NCBI GenBank assembly: GCA_965227065.1
Contig: CBDDFN010000010.1
Coordinates: 9,098 to 73,097, forward strand
DNA from: Alphaproteobacteria bacterium
GTDB lineage: Bacteria > Pseudomonadota > Alphaproteobacteria > SPJN01
Reading direction: 5' to 3'
DNA length: 64,000 nucleotides
Part shown: piece after piece, positions 21,056 to 29,651 of the stretch
Numbering within the stretch: position 1 is the stretch's first letter
Layout of the letters: each line of letters opens with the position of its first letter
Position numbers and translations under genes: made by a program
The notes under the pieces: generated by a model
The model's database searches: none
The model's input: the letters and a program-made list of their open reading frames with translations, nothing else
What the model was told of the DNA's origin: nothing

Positions 21056-21814
21056 CTATTGGTCGGCGTGTTCTACGCGCGCCGTGTGACCGCGCGATTG
21101 CAGCCAGGCAACCCCGAACAGATCGACAATACCGACCCACAGACGGTTCCACACGCCATATTTCGACGTGCCCCGTTCCCGCGGGCGGTGATTGACATGC
21201 ACTGACACGGTGCGGCCGCCGTCGCGCTGCATCAGCGCGGGCATGAAGCGGTGCATATGATCAAAGCGCGGAAAGGCCAAAAAGTCATCGCGCGCAAACA
21301 GTTTGAGCCCGCAGCCCGTATCCGGCGTGGCGTCCCGCAACAGGCGCGAGCGGATGCCATTGGCAATCTTTGAGCTCAACAGCCGCACGGCATTGTCCTG
21401 ACGCTTGGCGCGCTGGCCGCACACCATGAGCTTTTCGCCCGCGCGCAGTTCGGCACCATGGGCGGCCCACAATTTGGGGATGTCGGCGGGGTCGTTCTGG
21501 CCATCCCCATCCAGCGTCGCAATGAAGCGCGCCTTGGCGTGGGCAATGCCGGTACGGATCGCCATCGACTGGCCGGCACTTTGGGCGTGGCGCACAACAC
21601 GCAATTGCGGCACCGCCTGTTTGGCTTTCTCAAGTTCGGCCGGGGTCTGGTCGTCACTGCCATCATCGACATAGATGATCTCGAACGGCACAACACCATT
21701 CAGCGCCGCGTTGATCTCGGCCACCAGCGGGCCGATATTGTCTTCTTCGTTCTTGACCGGAACAACGACCGCGATTTCGGGGCCATTCTCAGAGGTGTCT
21801 GTCATTCTGGCCAT
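21056..21814 (-). CDS. Glycosyltransferase family 2, polyprenyl-phosphate sugar transferase-like (ArnC/DPM1-like)
   Basis: IAVVVPVKNEEDNI, YVDDGSDD, and the DxD motif (ATLDGDGQND). Start taken at MARMTDT; the tracked ORF extends to 21862. Confidence 0.85.
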   Translation of the reverse strand: MARMTDTSENGPEIAVVVPVKNEEDNIGPLVAEINAALNGVVPFEIIYVDDGSDDQTPAELEKAKQAVPQLRVVRHAQSAGQSMAIRTGIAHAKARFIATLDGDGQNDPADIPKLWAAHGAELRAGEKLMVCGQRAKRQDNAVRLLSSKIANGIRSRLLRDATPDTGCGLKLFARDDFLAFPRFDHMHRFMPALMQRDGGRTVSVHVNHRPRERGTSKYGVWNRLWVGIVDLFGVAWLQSRGHTARVEHADQ

Positions 21815-22009
21815 CCTTGTTGTGCGCCAAACGGCGGGCTGGAGCTTGTGCAAACGAATCACCGGCCCGTGCCGAGAGTTTGCGGGCGGGTATCATAGCC
21901 TTCAAGACCCGTCCATGCGGCGAAGCGCCTAATGACTGGTCTGGTTTGCGTCCGCGCGCTATTGTGGCGTCATCTTGCAATAAAAGAACAAGCAATTCAG
22001 GGGGTTATC

Positions 22010-23743
22010 ATGGCCGATCTTATCATTCGCAATGGCCTGATCTATGACGGCACGGGCGCAGCGCCTTTTAAAGGTGACATTGCGGTCGAAAATGGCCGGA
22101 TTTCCGCGGTCGGCAGCGTTTCTGACACCGCTGAAACCGAAATTGACGCCACCGGCAAGATCGTCACGCCGGGTTTTGTCGATGCCCACACCCATTATGA
22201 CGGCCAGATCACCTGGGACCCCTATGTGCAGCCCTCAACCTTTCACGGCGTCACCACCATCGTGACGGGCAATTGCGGCGTCGGCTTTGCGCCCTGCCGC
22301 CCCGATCAACGCGACTGGCTGATCGGCCTGATGGAAGGGGTTGAAGACATTCCCGGCACCGCGCTGCATGAGGGGATCAATTGGCGGTGGGAGAATTTCG
22401 AGGAATATCTCGATACGCTCGATCAAACCCCGCTGGCCATTGATGTCGGTACGCAAATCCCCCATGGCGCGCTGCGCGCCTATGTGATGGGCGAACGCGG
22501 CCCCGCCCATGAAGCGGCCACCCAGGACGAAATTGCCGAGATGGGCCGCCAGGCCGCCCAGGCGATCAAGGCGGGCGCTTTGGGCTTTTCCACCTCGCGC
22601 ACTGAAAAACACCGCGACAGTTCCGGCGAACTGACCCCCACCATCCGCGCGCTGGAAGATGAGCTGGTCGGCATCGCCAAGGCCGTTGGCGCAACCGGCC
22701 AAGGCGTGTTGCAAGGCATTTCAGACTTTTATGATTTCAAGGCCGAGTTCCAGCTGTTCCGCCGCATGGTGGAAGAAAGCGGCCGGCCGATTTCGATCAC
22801 CGTCGAGCAACAGGATATGCGCCCCGACTGGTGGAAGGAGCTGCTCGATGCGCTGACCGAAGCCCAACAAGACGGGCTTGCCATGCGGGGCCAGGTTCCC
22901 CCGCGCGCCACCGGGCTTCTGCTGGGGCTGACCTGTACGCTCAACCCCTTCACGCTGACGCCCGCCTATCACCCGATTGCGCACCTGCCGCTGGACGAGC
23001 GCGTCGCCGCGATGCGCACCCCTGAATTCCGCAAAGCGGTGCTTGAACAGGATCCCGTCGATATCGGCAATGATCTGGTCATGCATATCGTTTCAGGTTT
23101 CGACAAGATGTTTGATCTGGGCGAGCCCGCCAATTATGAACCCGACCCCGCCGACAGTGTCGGCGCAAAGGCAGCGCGGGCCGGCAAAGACCCGCGCGAA
23201 GTGGCGCTTGATCTGCTGCTCGAACGCGACGGACATGCGCTGATCTATTTCCCGTTGTTCAACTATCTGCCCGGCAATCTCGATTATGTGCATGAGATGC
23301 TGACCCATCCCTACACCACCTTTGGCCTGTCTGATGGCGGGGCCCATTGCGGTATTCTGTGCGACGCCAGTTTCCCCACCACCATGATCCAGCATTGGGG
23401 ACGCGACCGGACGCGGGGGCCCAAATTACCGCTTGAACAACTGATTGCCATGCAGACCAGTGAGACAGCCAAGCTGGTCGGCCTCAACGACCGGGGCATC
23501 TTAAAGCCCGGCTACAAGGCCGACATCAATGTCATCGATTTTGACCGGCTGACCCTACATGCGCCGCAAGTTGTCTATGACCTGCCCGCCGGGGGCCGCC
23601 GCCTGATCCAGAAGGCGACCGGCTATGAAAAGACAATCGTGTCGGGAATTGTCGCCTTTGAAGAGGGCGAGCCCACCGGCGCGCTCAACGGCAAGCTTAT
23701 TCGGGGGGCGCAACCCTCACCCCAAGCGCTTGCAGCCGAGTGA
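22010..23743 (+). CDS. N-acyl-D-amino-acid deacylase family amidohydrolase (D-aminoacylase-like)
   Basis: ATG 22010 (MADLIIRNGLIYDG). Metal-binding GFVDAHTHYD, and a composite amidohydrolase-3 fold of ~578 aa. Confidence 0.8.
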   Translation: MADLIIRNGLIYDGTGAAPFKGDIAVENGRISAVGSVSDTAETEIDATGKIVTPGFVDAHTHYDGQITWDPYVQPSTFHGVTTIVTGNCGVGFAPCRPDQRDWLIGLMEGVEDIPGTALHEGINWRWENFEEYLDTLDQTPLAIDVGTQIPHGALRAYVMGERGPAHEAATQDEIAEMGRQAAQAIKAGALGFSTSRTEKHRDSSGELTPTIRALEDELVGIAKAVGATGQGVLQGISDFYDFKAEFQLFRRMVEESGRPISITVEQQDMRPDWWKELLDALTEAQQDGLAMRGQVPPRATGLLLGLTCTLNPFTLTPAYHPIAHLPLDERVAAMRTPEFRKAVLEQDPVDIGNDLVMHIVSGFDKMFDLGEPANYEPDPADSVGAKAARAGKDPREVALDLLLERDGHALIYFPLFNYLPGNLDYVHEMLTHPYTTFGLSDGGAHCGILCDASFPTTMIQHWGRDRTRGPKLPLEQLIAMQTSETAKLVGLNDRGILKPGYKADINVIDFDRLTLHAPQVVYDLPAGGRRLIQKATGYEKTIVSGIVAFEEGEPTGALNGKLIRGAQPSPQALAAE

Positions 23744-24020
23744 CAAGATCACCCGCCGCAACAGAAAAACGTTTGTTGCGGCTGGTGTCTCCGTCGATCA
23801 GCGTAAAGGCTGATTTCGCCAGGCCAAGCTCTTTTGACAGAAGCTTGATGACGGCCTGATTGGCTTTGCCTTTTTCCGGCACCGTTGTGACCTGAACTTT
23901 CAGACGGGTGACCCCATCGGCGTCGCTTTCAAGACCCTGGATCTGATTGCGCGAGGCTTTGGGCGTCACTCGCACCCACAGATGGGTCACACCCTCTTTG
24001 AGCGTGACCGGCCCGGCCAT
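23697..24020 (-). CDS. yggU: DUF167 (YggU-like) protein
   Basis: LWVRVTPKASRNQI...VTRLKVQVTTVPEKGKANQAVIKLLSKELGLAKSAFTLIDGDTSRNKRFSV. The 3' end overlaps the convergent amidohydrolase stop by ~47 nt. Confidence 0.75.
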   Translation of the reverse strand: MAGPVTLKEGVTHLWVRVTPKASRNQIQGLESDADGVTRLKVQVTTVPEKGKANQAVIKLLSKELGLAKSAFTLIDGDTSRNKRFSVAAGDLVTRLQALGVRVAPPE

Positions 24021-24299
24021 CTAGTAGAGCGACCGGATCAGCAGCCGTTCCAGGAAGAAAATGCCGAGCAAGACAATCAGCGGCGACAGATCAATGCCCG
24101 AAATTGCAGGCAGGATACGGCGCACCTGCTGGAACACCGGTTCGGTCAGCGCATAGAGAAATTCAAGGATTTGCCGGACAATCGGATTATGCGCATTGAT
24201 CGCATTAAACTGGATCAGCCAGCTTGCAATCACCGCAGCAATGACAACCCAGCTGTAAAGCTGCAAGACGAGCAGCAAAAGATCGACAATCGCGGCCAT
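24021..24299 (-). CDS. yggT: YggT family membrane protein
   Basis: 92 aa, 2 TM, YggT-like. Immediately upstream of yggU, the canonical pair. Confidence 0.8.
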   Translation of the reverse strand: MAAIVDLLLLVLQLYSWVVIAAVIASWLIQFNAINAHNPIVRQILEFLYALTEPVFQQVRRILPAISGIDLSPLIVLLGIFFLERLLIRSLY

Positions 24300-24353
24300 G
24301 AAACCCTCTTCTTCGTTTGTATTCTGGCTATTTAGGTTTGCCAGACGCCGTGT

Positions 24354-25451
24354 TCAAGCGCCATAGCCAAAGGCCGCACCCGCCTTTGCCGTAATTGACC
24401 GGATCTGATCAATCTCGGCATCGGTGAAGCTTGGCTTGTAATAATTGGGCCGGTGGAACTTGCCCGACCATGTCTCGACAAAGCCGCCTGTGTCTTCAAG
24501 GGCGGCGTGGGCCACCAGCGCCTGGGCGGTTTCCGCAGACCGGTCACACAGATCCTCGTAACGGACAACCAGTATGGAGCCTGCAAGGTCTTCATCCTCG
24601 CGCATGCGCGCCACATGGGCATGGATGGAGGCCCAATACTGCGCCCAGCCCTCAACCTCGCGGCCCTCGGCCCACAGCTCAACCACTTTCTGGGTTTCGG
24701 CATCATTGCCCAGATGAATGGGCTTGCGGTCGGGACCGAATTCAAAATGGCCGACGCGGGCAAGATGGGCGAGCGCGCGGGGATTATTCTCACAGGCCTG
24801 GTTGAACAGCCGGTGCTGTTTGGCAAGCGAGGCAATATGGGTGACCGGGTCGCGCACCGGCACGATGAAGCGGGCATCGGGAAACAGCGCCTTCAGATAA
24901 GAAAAGCGCGCCAGATTGTAATTGCCTTTGGCGGCATAGCGGGTCTTGCCGCGCACCGCCAAAATCTTGCGGATATGATCGCGGTAAAACCCGTCAAAAT
25001 CGCCGCCGAGATCTGCCTTTGTGATGAGGTTTGAGCGGGCGGGATTGTGCGCCTTGTCAAAGAAGCTCATCCACAGCATCTCTTCCATCGCCTCGGGACT
25101 GTCGGGCGTGACCATGATGCCGTCTTTATGGGCGCGTTCGGTCGCCTCAACCTCGCCGCGCGGGGTCAGCTCCAGATAGCGGTTCCACCAGATCGGCGTG
25201 AACAGCGCGGGGAAGTCCGCATAATGATGGGTGCCCACGTTGGGATGATCGGCCAGGCATTCAAGCAGGATAGTCGTGCCTGACCGCGCCAGGCCCGACA
25301 CATAGATGGGGGCTGTAACCGACAGGCCCTCAAGCGCCTCTTCGGCCATGCCGGTTTCAAGCCCCGACAGTTTCTTTTGAAAGCCGCGGGTTGACCAGAT
25401 CAGGCCTGAAAACGCGTGCCGGCCCCATGAAACCTCAAAGCCGTCCGCCAT
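24354..25451 (-). CDS. Sulfotransferase family protein (PAPS-dependent type)
   Basis: 5'-PSB-like motif GLARSGTTILLE, 3'-PB-like region RDPVTHIASL. Start ATG 25451 shares the A of the upstream gene's TGA (TGATG coupling). Confidence 0.75.
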   Translation of the reverse strand: MADGFEVSWGRHAFSGLIWSTRGFQKKLSGLETGMAEEALEGLSVTAPIYVSGLARSGTTILLECLADHPNVGTHHYADFPALFTPIWWNRYLELTPRGEVEATERAHKDGIMVTPDSPEAMEEMLWMSFFDKAHNPARSNLITKADLGGDFDGFYRDHIRKILAVRGKTRYAAKGNYNLARFSYLKALFPDARFIVPVRDPVTHIASLAKQHRLFNQACENNPRALAHLARVGHFEFGPDRKPIHLGNDAETQKVVELWAEGREVEGWAQYWASIHAHVARMREDEDLAGSILVVRYEDLCDRSAETAQALVAHAALEDTGGFVETWSGKFHRPNYYKPSFTDAEIDQIRSITAKAGAAFGYGA

Positions 25452-25453
25452 CA

Positions 25454-26212
25454 GTTCACCTTGAAGATAAATTTGATCGCCAGTGAGCCTGCGATCAGCA
25501 GCACGAAATAAATCATTTCCCAACCGCCCAGCCAGCCCGGACTCAACCCCAGATAGTTGACCGATTTAAGCTCGAATTCGACCGCCTCGACCGGGCTGTC
25601 TTCGGGGATGTAGCCCAGCGGATTGGCAAACAAGGCGTTAAACCAGCCTTTTTTGTGCGCAATCGCAAAGGTCAAATCACCGGGCAGTGTGGCAATGGCA
25701 TTGGCATTGCCGTCAAACAGCTCGGTTTCGGTGCCCGACCAGACCAGCGTGTAGCGCCCCGCTTCGCCTTCAACCGGCGCGAGGCTCGGCGTGATCAGCT
25801 GCGCCTCCACAGGATGAACCTGCAGGGTCAGGCGCTCGCCCGCTTGCGGGGCGTGATAGGAGTAGCTGTTTGATAGCCAGCCCAGCACAAACAAGATCGG
25901 CAACCCGGCCAGGAAAGCCGGCCATAGCGTCAATCCCAGATGTTTGAGCGAAGCCATGACCGATTGTGCGGCGACAGGGCCAAGCCCGTCGGGCTCACCA
26001 TCATACTCGGCCAGTTCAGCGCGGGCGCGCTTGGCTTCAATCTTGGCTTTCTCGATCTTGTCCTGACTAGAAAACAGGACATAAAGCGCCATGGTCGCGA
26101 CCGATGACACAAGCGCAAAGATCGCGATTTGCAGTGCGCCGGGAAGACCGGACAAAAGGCTGAACCGCACAAAATCAAACACAGGTGCGGCAAGATCAAA
26201 CAAGCCCATCAC
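25454..26212 (-). CDS. Hypothetical integral membrane protein (N-terminal TM helix, coiled KIEKAKIEAKRARAEL segment, C-terminal TM)
   Basis: 253-aa ORF with no recognisable catalytic motif. Translationally coupled to the sulfotransferase. Confidence 0.5.
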
Positions 26213-26239
26213 AGTCCCCCCGAAAATGCAGTGCGTGGC

Positions 26240-26476
26240 TTATTCAGCCGCGGATTGATCAGTCGAAGCAGCGGCTTCGGCTTCATCCTTCTTCTTCTTC
26301 CGCGCACGGCGCAGCGGATAGGAAATCAGCGCCCACAGCGCCAGGCCAATGGCCGCCACAAGACCGATCGCGGCACCGATGGCTGTCACCCCTGCACCGG
26401 GGCCGACATAGGCCTGCGCCATGGTGGGCGCAAACGCGATCACAAGTGCGATCATGACAGAAAGGACACGAAGCAT
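26240..26476 (-). CDS. Small membrane protein (signal peptide-like plus one TM, KKKK anchor)
   Basis: 78 aa; MLRVLSVMIALVIAFAPTMAQA then GLVAAIGLALWALISYPL-RRARKKKK. Placed 2 nt downstream of the ASST gene. Confidence 0.4.
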   Translation of the reverse strand: MLRVLSVMIALVIAFAPTMAQAYVGPGAGVTAIGAAIGLVAAIGLALWALISYPLRRARKKKKDEAEAAASTDQSAAE

Positions 26477-26478
26477 GG

Positions 26479-27840
26479 TTAGTCTCCCACCAAAGAGCTT
26501 TGAGCGTCTTGCGCCGTGTCCGCCGCATTTCCAGCCGACAGACGCGCCCGCAAAGCATCGGGCAATTCATCAAGGTCCAGACGTTCGGCATAGGGAATAA
26601 TCGGCATTTCGTCCAGACCCGATTGCTCCCGAACCGGGTTAACATATTCCCACACCACCTGACCGGCTGGCGTGACTTCAAGCAGGCGGCCCGCCATGCT
26701 CTCCACAATCAGCGTATTGCCGCCTTTGAGGCGTTGCTGCCAGCTGGCCAGCAGGCTGTACATGCGTTCGTCCGACTCAGGCTTGGGGAATTGCCAGGCG
26801 ACCTGCATGGTTTCGGGGTCAATCTCGATCACCCGCGCACCAAGCCCGCGCGCGCCCGCACCGCGATTGTCATAAACCAGGATTTGGCCGTCATCGGTCA
26901 ATTCCGCATCATGCTGGCCGTAAAACGGCCCGCGCCGCGCCCACACAACCTTGCCGGTGGTTGCTGAAACGACCACAGCCGCTTCCAACTCACGCAAGGA
27001 CAGCATGAAATCACCGGCCTCCACGCCTTTTAAATTGGCAGCCTGCACCGCCGTCAGCGGCAAGACCGAGTTGGCATGGCTGATATCCCAGGTCATGTCG
27101 GGCGTATCGCCGTCATAAATCCATTCAAAGCCGGTCCCCAGCGCCGCATCCACCAGAGAAATCCGCCGCTCCACCTGGCCGTTCTGATCAAGAATGACGA
27201 TGAAATCCTCAAGCACCAGATCGCCGCCGCGTTTGACGAGCGGGGCGGGACTATCGTTCCATTCCTGGACCAGGGCCACGATGCGGCCATCCTCCATCAG
27301 ATTGAAATCATGATGGACATGGTCAAACAGGTGCCAGACGACATTGCCGTCAATGTCGAGCCGGGCAATGCCGCCGCCATAGGGCGTCACACCGACCAGC
27401 GCATAAAGGGCAACAATGCCGCCATCGGGCATGATCCGCGCTTTCCACACAAAGCTGCGCTTGCCGGCAAAGCCTTGGGGGACCGTGTCGCCCTCTTGCC
27501 AGATTTCGGCGTGCTCCCGGCTCCAGCGATAAAGCTCAGCGCCTTTTTCATCCAGCAACACCGCGCCGTGCAGATGCGCCGAAGTATGCAAGGTCAGCCC
27601 GCCCTCACTCAACGCAGGCTCGTGGCGCAGCAATCCGCCCTCGCGGCCGCGGTCGGGCTGCCAGGCGGGGTGGTCGAGATAGATGTCTTTGATCTGTATA
27701 TAAAGTGCGAACAAGCCATCAAGTGGCCGTTCAACGAAGGTGTAGGGGGGAACGCTCATCCGGGTTGACAAAACCCCGATCAAAAAGCCGAAAAAGGCGA
27801 GCGCCGCCGCAAAGGCCAGTGCTGAAATCACGCCGCGCAT
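26479..27840 (-). CDS. Arylsulfotransferase (ASST) family protein, membrane-anchored
   Basis: N-terminal TM. ASST-type beta-propeller signatures (HHDFNLMEDGRIVAL; DISHANSVLPL; ...VWEYVNP). Confidence 0.7.
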   Translation of the reverse strand: MRGVISALAFAAALAFFGFLIGVLSTRMSVPPYTFVERPLDGLFALYIQIKDIYLDHPAWQPDRGREGGLLRHEPALSEGGLTLHTSAHLHGAVLLDEKGAELYRWSREHAEIWQEGDTVPQGFAGKRSFVWKARIMPDGGIVALYALVGVTPYGGGIARLDIDGNVVWHLFDHVHHDFNLMEDGRIVALVQEWNDSPAPLVKRGGDLVLEDFIVILDQNGQVERRISLVDAALGTGFEWIYDGDTPDMTWDISHANSVLPLTAVQAANLKGVEAGDFMLSLRELEAAVVVSATTGKVVWARRGPFYGQHDAELTDDGQILVYDNRGAGARGLGARVIEIDPETMQVAWQFPKPESDERMYSLLASWQQRLKGGNTLIVESMAGRLLEVTPAGQVVWEYVNPVREQSGLDEMPIIPYAERLDLDELPDALRARLSAGNAADTAQDAQSSLVGD

Positions 27841-28009
27841 GGTTTTGAAATGCCCTTAAGCCCACAATTGTTGGTTGGAAAGCACTCTATAGGGGTGCGC
27901 GCGCGCAATCACCTCCCCCACAGCAAGTTTTTTATGACTGATGGTCGCAGACGCAAAGCAGACTTGACGGTTGAAAGGCTTCGCCCTATACCGCAATCCC
28001 TTCACTTTC

Positions 28010-28085
28010 GGGGCCGTAGCTCAGTTGGGAGAGCGCAGCAATCGCACTGCTGAGGTCAGGGGTTCGACTCCCCTCGGCTCCACCA
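28010..28085 (+). tRNA. tRNA-Ala (anticodon CGC), CCA encoded
   Basis: GGGGCCGTAGCTCAGTTGGGAGAGCGCAGCAATCGCACTGCTGAGGTCAGGGGTTCGACTCCCCTCGGCTCCACCA. G3:U70 Ala identity pair. Anticodon loop ATCGCAC. Confidence 0.9.
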
Positions 28086-28344
28086 ATTTTCTTCGAAAAT
28101 TGTTTTCGCCTTCGGTCTGTCCGTTGGCACAAAGTTCGACAGAGTTCGAACTTTGCGCGGGGGGGCCCCACCAATTTTCTTCGAAAATTGTTTTCGCCTT
28201 CGGTCTGTCCGATGGCGCAAAGTTCGATCGGGTTCGACCTTCGTGCGGGGGGCTCCACCACTATCCGCTATGCGGATATTGGGGCCACCCCGGTTTTCCG
28301 ATCGTCCAAATTCTCAATCGAATTTGTCCGCAGGGGCTCCACCA
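28086..28344 (+). repeat. Tandem array (2 intact + 1 degenerate unit) of a ~87-88-bp element, each ending in a tRNA 3'-end-like GG(G/C)(C/T)CCACCA
   Basis: Unit 1 (28086-28173) = ATTTTCTTCGAAAATTGTTTTCGCCTTCGGTCTGTCCGTTGGCACAAAGTTCGACAGAGTTCGAACTTTGCGCGGGGGGGCCCCACCA. Unit 2 (28174-28260) is near-identical. Unit 3 (28261-28344) has a diverged interior but ends GGGGCTCCACCA. Confidence 0.85.
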
Positions 28345-28379
28345 ATTTGCGCTTGGCACGCTCGACGTTGCAAGAATTA

Positions 28380-28952
28380 TCAGGCCGGACGCACCGCGCT
28401 TTGTAGCTCACCGGGATGACCCGGTGGCAATCCGGGGTCTTGCATCGGGCCAAGCCCGACCAGCCCATCAACCCAGACGCGAAAATCCTCGGAGTAATTG
28501 TTGCGGGTTAGTTGCCACCACGAGATCGCGCCGGGCCGGGCCATGATGGTCATCAGGCTCGCTGCGGACGATTGCCAGATTTCCTTGGTCTGGTGACCGG
28601 CCTTGTAATGAATGTACCCGGTCTGTGCGATTGACAACATGCCGCCCAAAAGGATGGAGACCCGAACCAGTTCCGATGCATTAAGCGTGCTCAAATCTCC
28701 GCCACCCTTCATCAGCAAATCCGCCAGGTCTTTGTTGCCGGCAACTTCAAGGGTGAAAGATTGATGCATCTGCGCACCGCTGATCTCAAGCGCGAGCGTG
28801 TTGGACAGGCGATTGAGGCGCAACTGCTGCGTGTTCTGGTTGAGCTGGATGCCAACAAACACCAGCGAACCAACCACAATTACCGCCGCGACAATCTCGG
28901 CAATATTGCTTATCGTCTCCAGCATCCCAGTCTCCCCTGCCGAATTTCGCAA
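28380..28952 (-). CDS. Hypothetical membrane protein
   Basis: N-terminal TM (IAEIVAAVIVVGSLVFVGIQL). No motif recognised. C-terminal ~30 aa are low complexity, so the 3' boundary is uncertain. Confidence 0.4.
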   Translation of the reverse strand: MRNSAGETGMLETISNIAEIVAAVIVVGSLVFVGIQLNQNTQQLRLNRLSNTLALEISGAQMHQSFTLEVAGNKDLADLLMKGGGDLSTLNASELVRVSILLGGMLSIAQTGYIHYKAGHQTKEIWQSSAASLMTIMARPGAISWWQLTRNNYSEDFRVWVDGLVGLGPMQDPGLPPGHPGELQSAVRPA

Positions 28953-29010
28953 GGATATTTCATTTAGTGTTGAGATGAAAGCAGGATTCGGAGCGACCGT
29001 CCCGGTTGCG

Positions 29011-29565
29011 CTACCACCGCATCATGGGCATGGGATTGAGCGGATGCCTGGGGACCCAGCCGCCGGCAATCCGCACCAGCGCCTTGTGGAAACCCTGATT
29101 GGGATAAAGCGCCCGGATGGCTTTAAGATCGGCGCCCCTGGCGCCAAAGCGTACCAAACCGATACTGACATCGGAATAATCGGCCCGGCGGAACCACTCC
29201 CCCCAGTTGGGCGCATCACCGCGCGCGGGGACCGCCGTCAACTTGTGATGCTCCATCACCATATCGGCGACAGCCTCGGACCATTTGGTTAGCCCGCGCG
29301 CCACCAATTCCTGCTGGGCATGGGCGTTGGACGGCTCAAGATAATCAAAGGTGCCATCAAGCCAGATGCCCGCATCATGATAGACACAGGCAATGGCAAG
29401 CGCGGTCAGTTCCCCATCGCCGGGTTGGTAGTCAGGCGCCAGGCTGCGCTGGTGCACCAGGGTGGTTTCATAGACCCGGCGGCAATGATTGCCATAGCCG
29501 CCCAAGTCCCGGCCGATCGCCTCTTTGTGGCGGTCCAGCAATTCGGTAATCAGATCCTGGCTCAT
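29011..29565 (-). CDS. HD-domain-like protein (putative metal-dependent phosphohydrolase)
   Basis: 184 aa with H...HD...HH...D spacing (NHCRRVYE; CVYHDAGIW; MEHHKL; RRADYSD) reminiscent of the HD superfamily. Confidence 0.45.
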   Translation of the reverse strand: MSQDLITELLDRHKEAIGRDLGGYGNHCRRVYETTLVHQRSLAPDYQPGDGELTALAIACVYHDAGIWLDGTFDYLEPSNAHAQQELVARGLTKWSEAVADMVMEHHKLTAVPARGDAPNWGEWFRRADYSDVSIGLVRFGARGADLKAIRALYPNQGFHKALVRIAGGWVPRHPLNPMPMMRW

Positions 29566-29651
29566 CGTGCTCCCTCTCCCGCAGACCCTGCATGATCAGG
29601 ACCAGGCAGGAGTTGCGCAACCCCACCGGCGGAGTGGGCGGCGAAAAGCGG

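Noticed and set aside
23697-23743. 47-nt 3'-3' overlap between the amidohydrolase and yggU
   Set aside because: Convergent overlaps of this size are common in compact genomes. The DUF167 C-terminus may simply be shorter than the ORF (start/stop ambiguity), so there is no evidence of regulation.
28086-28344. Possible CRISPR array
   Set aside because: Units are ~87 bp, directly abutting with no unique spacers, and end in tRNA-like CCACCA. There is no cas gene nearby, so this is not a CRISPR.
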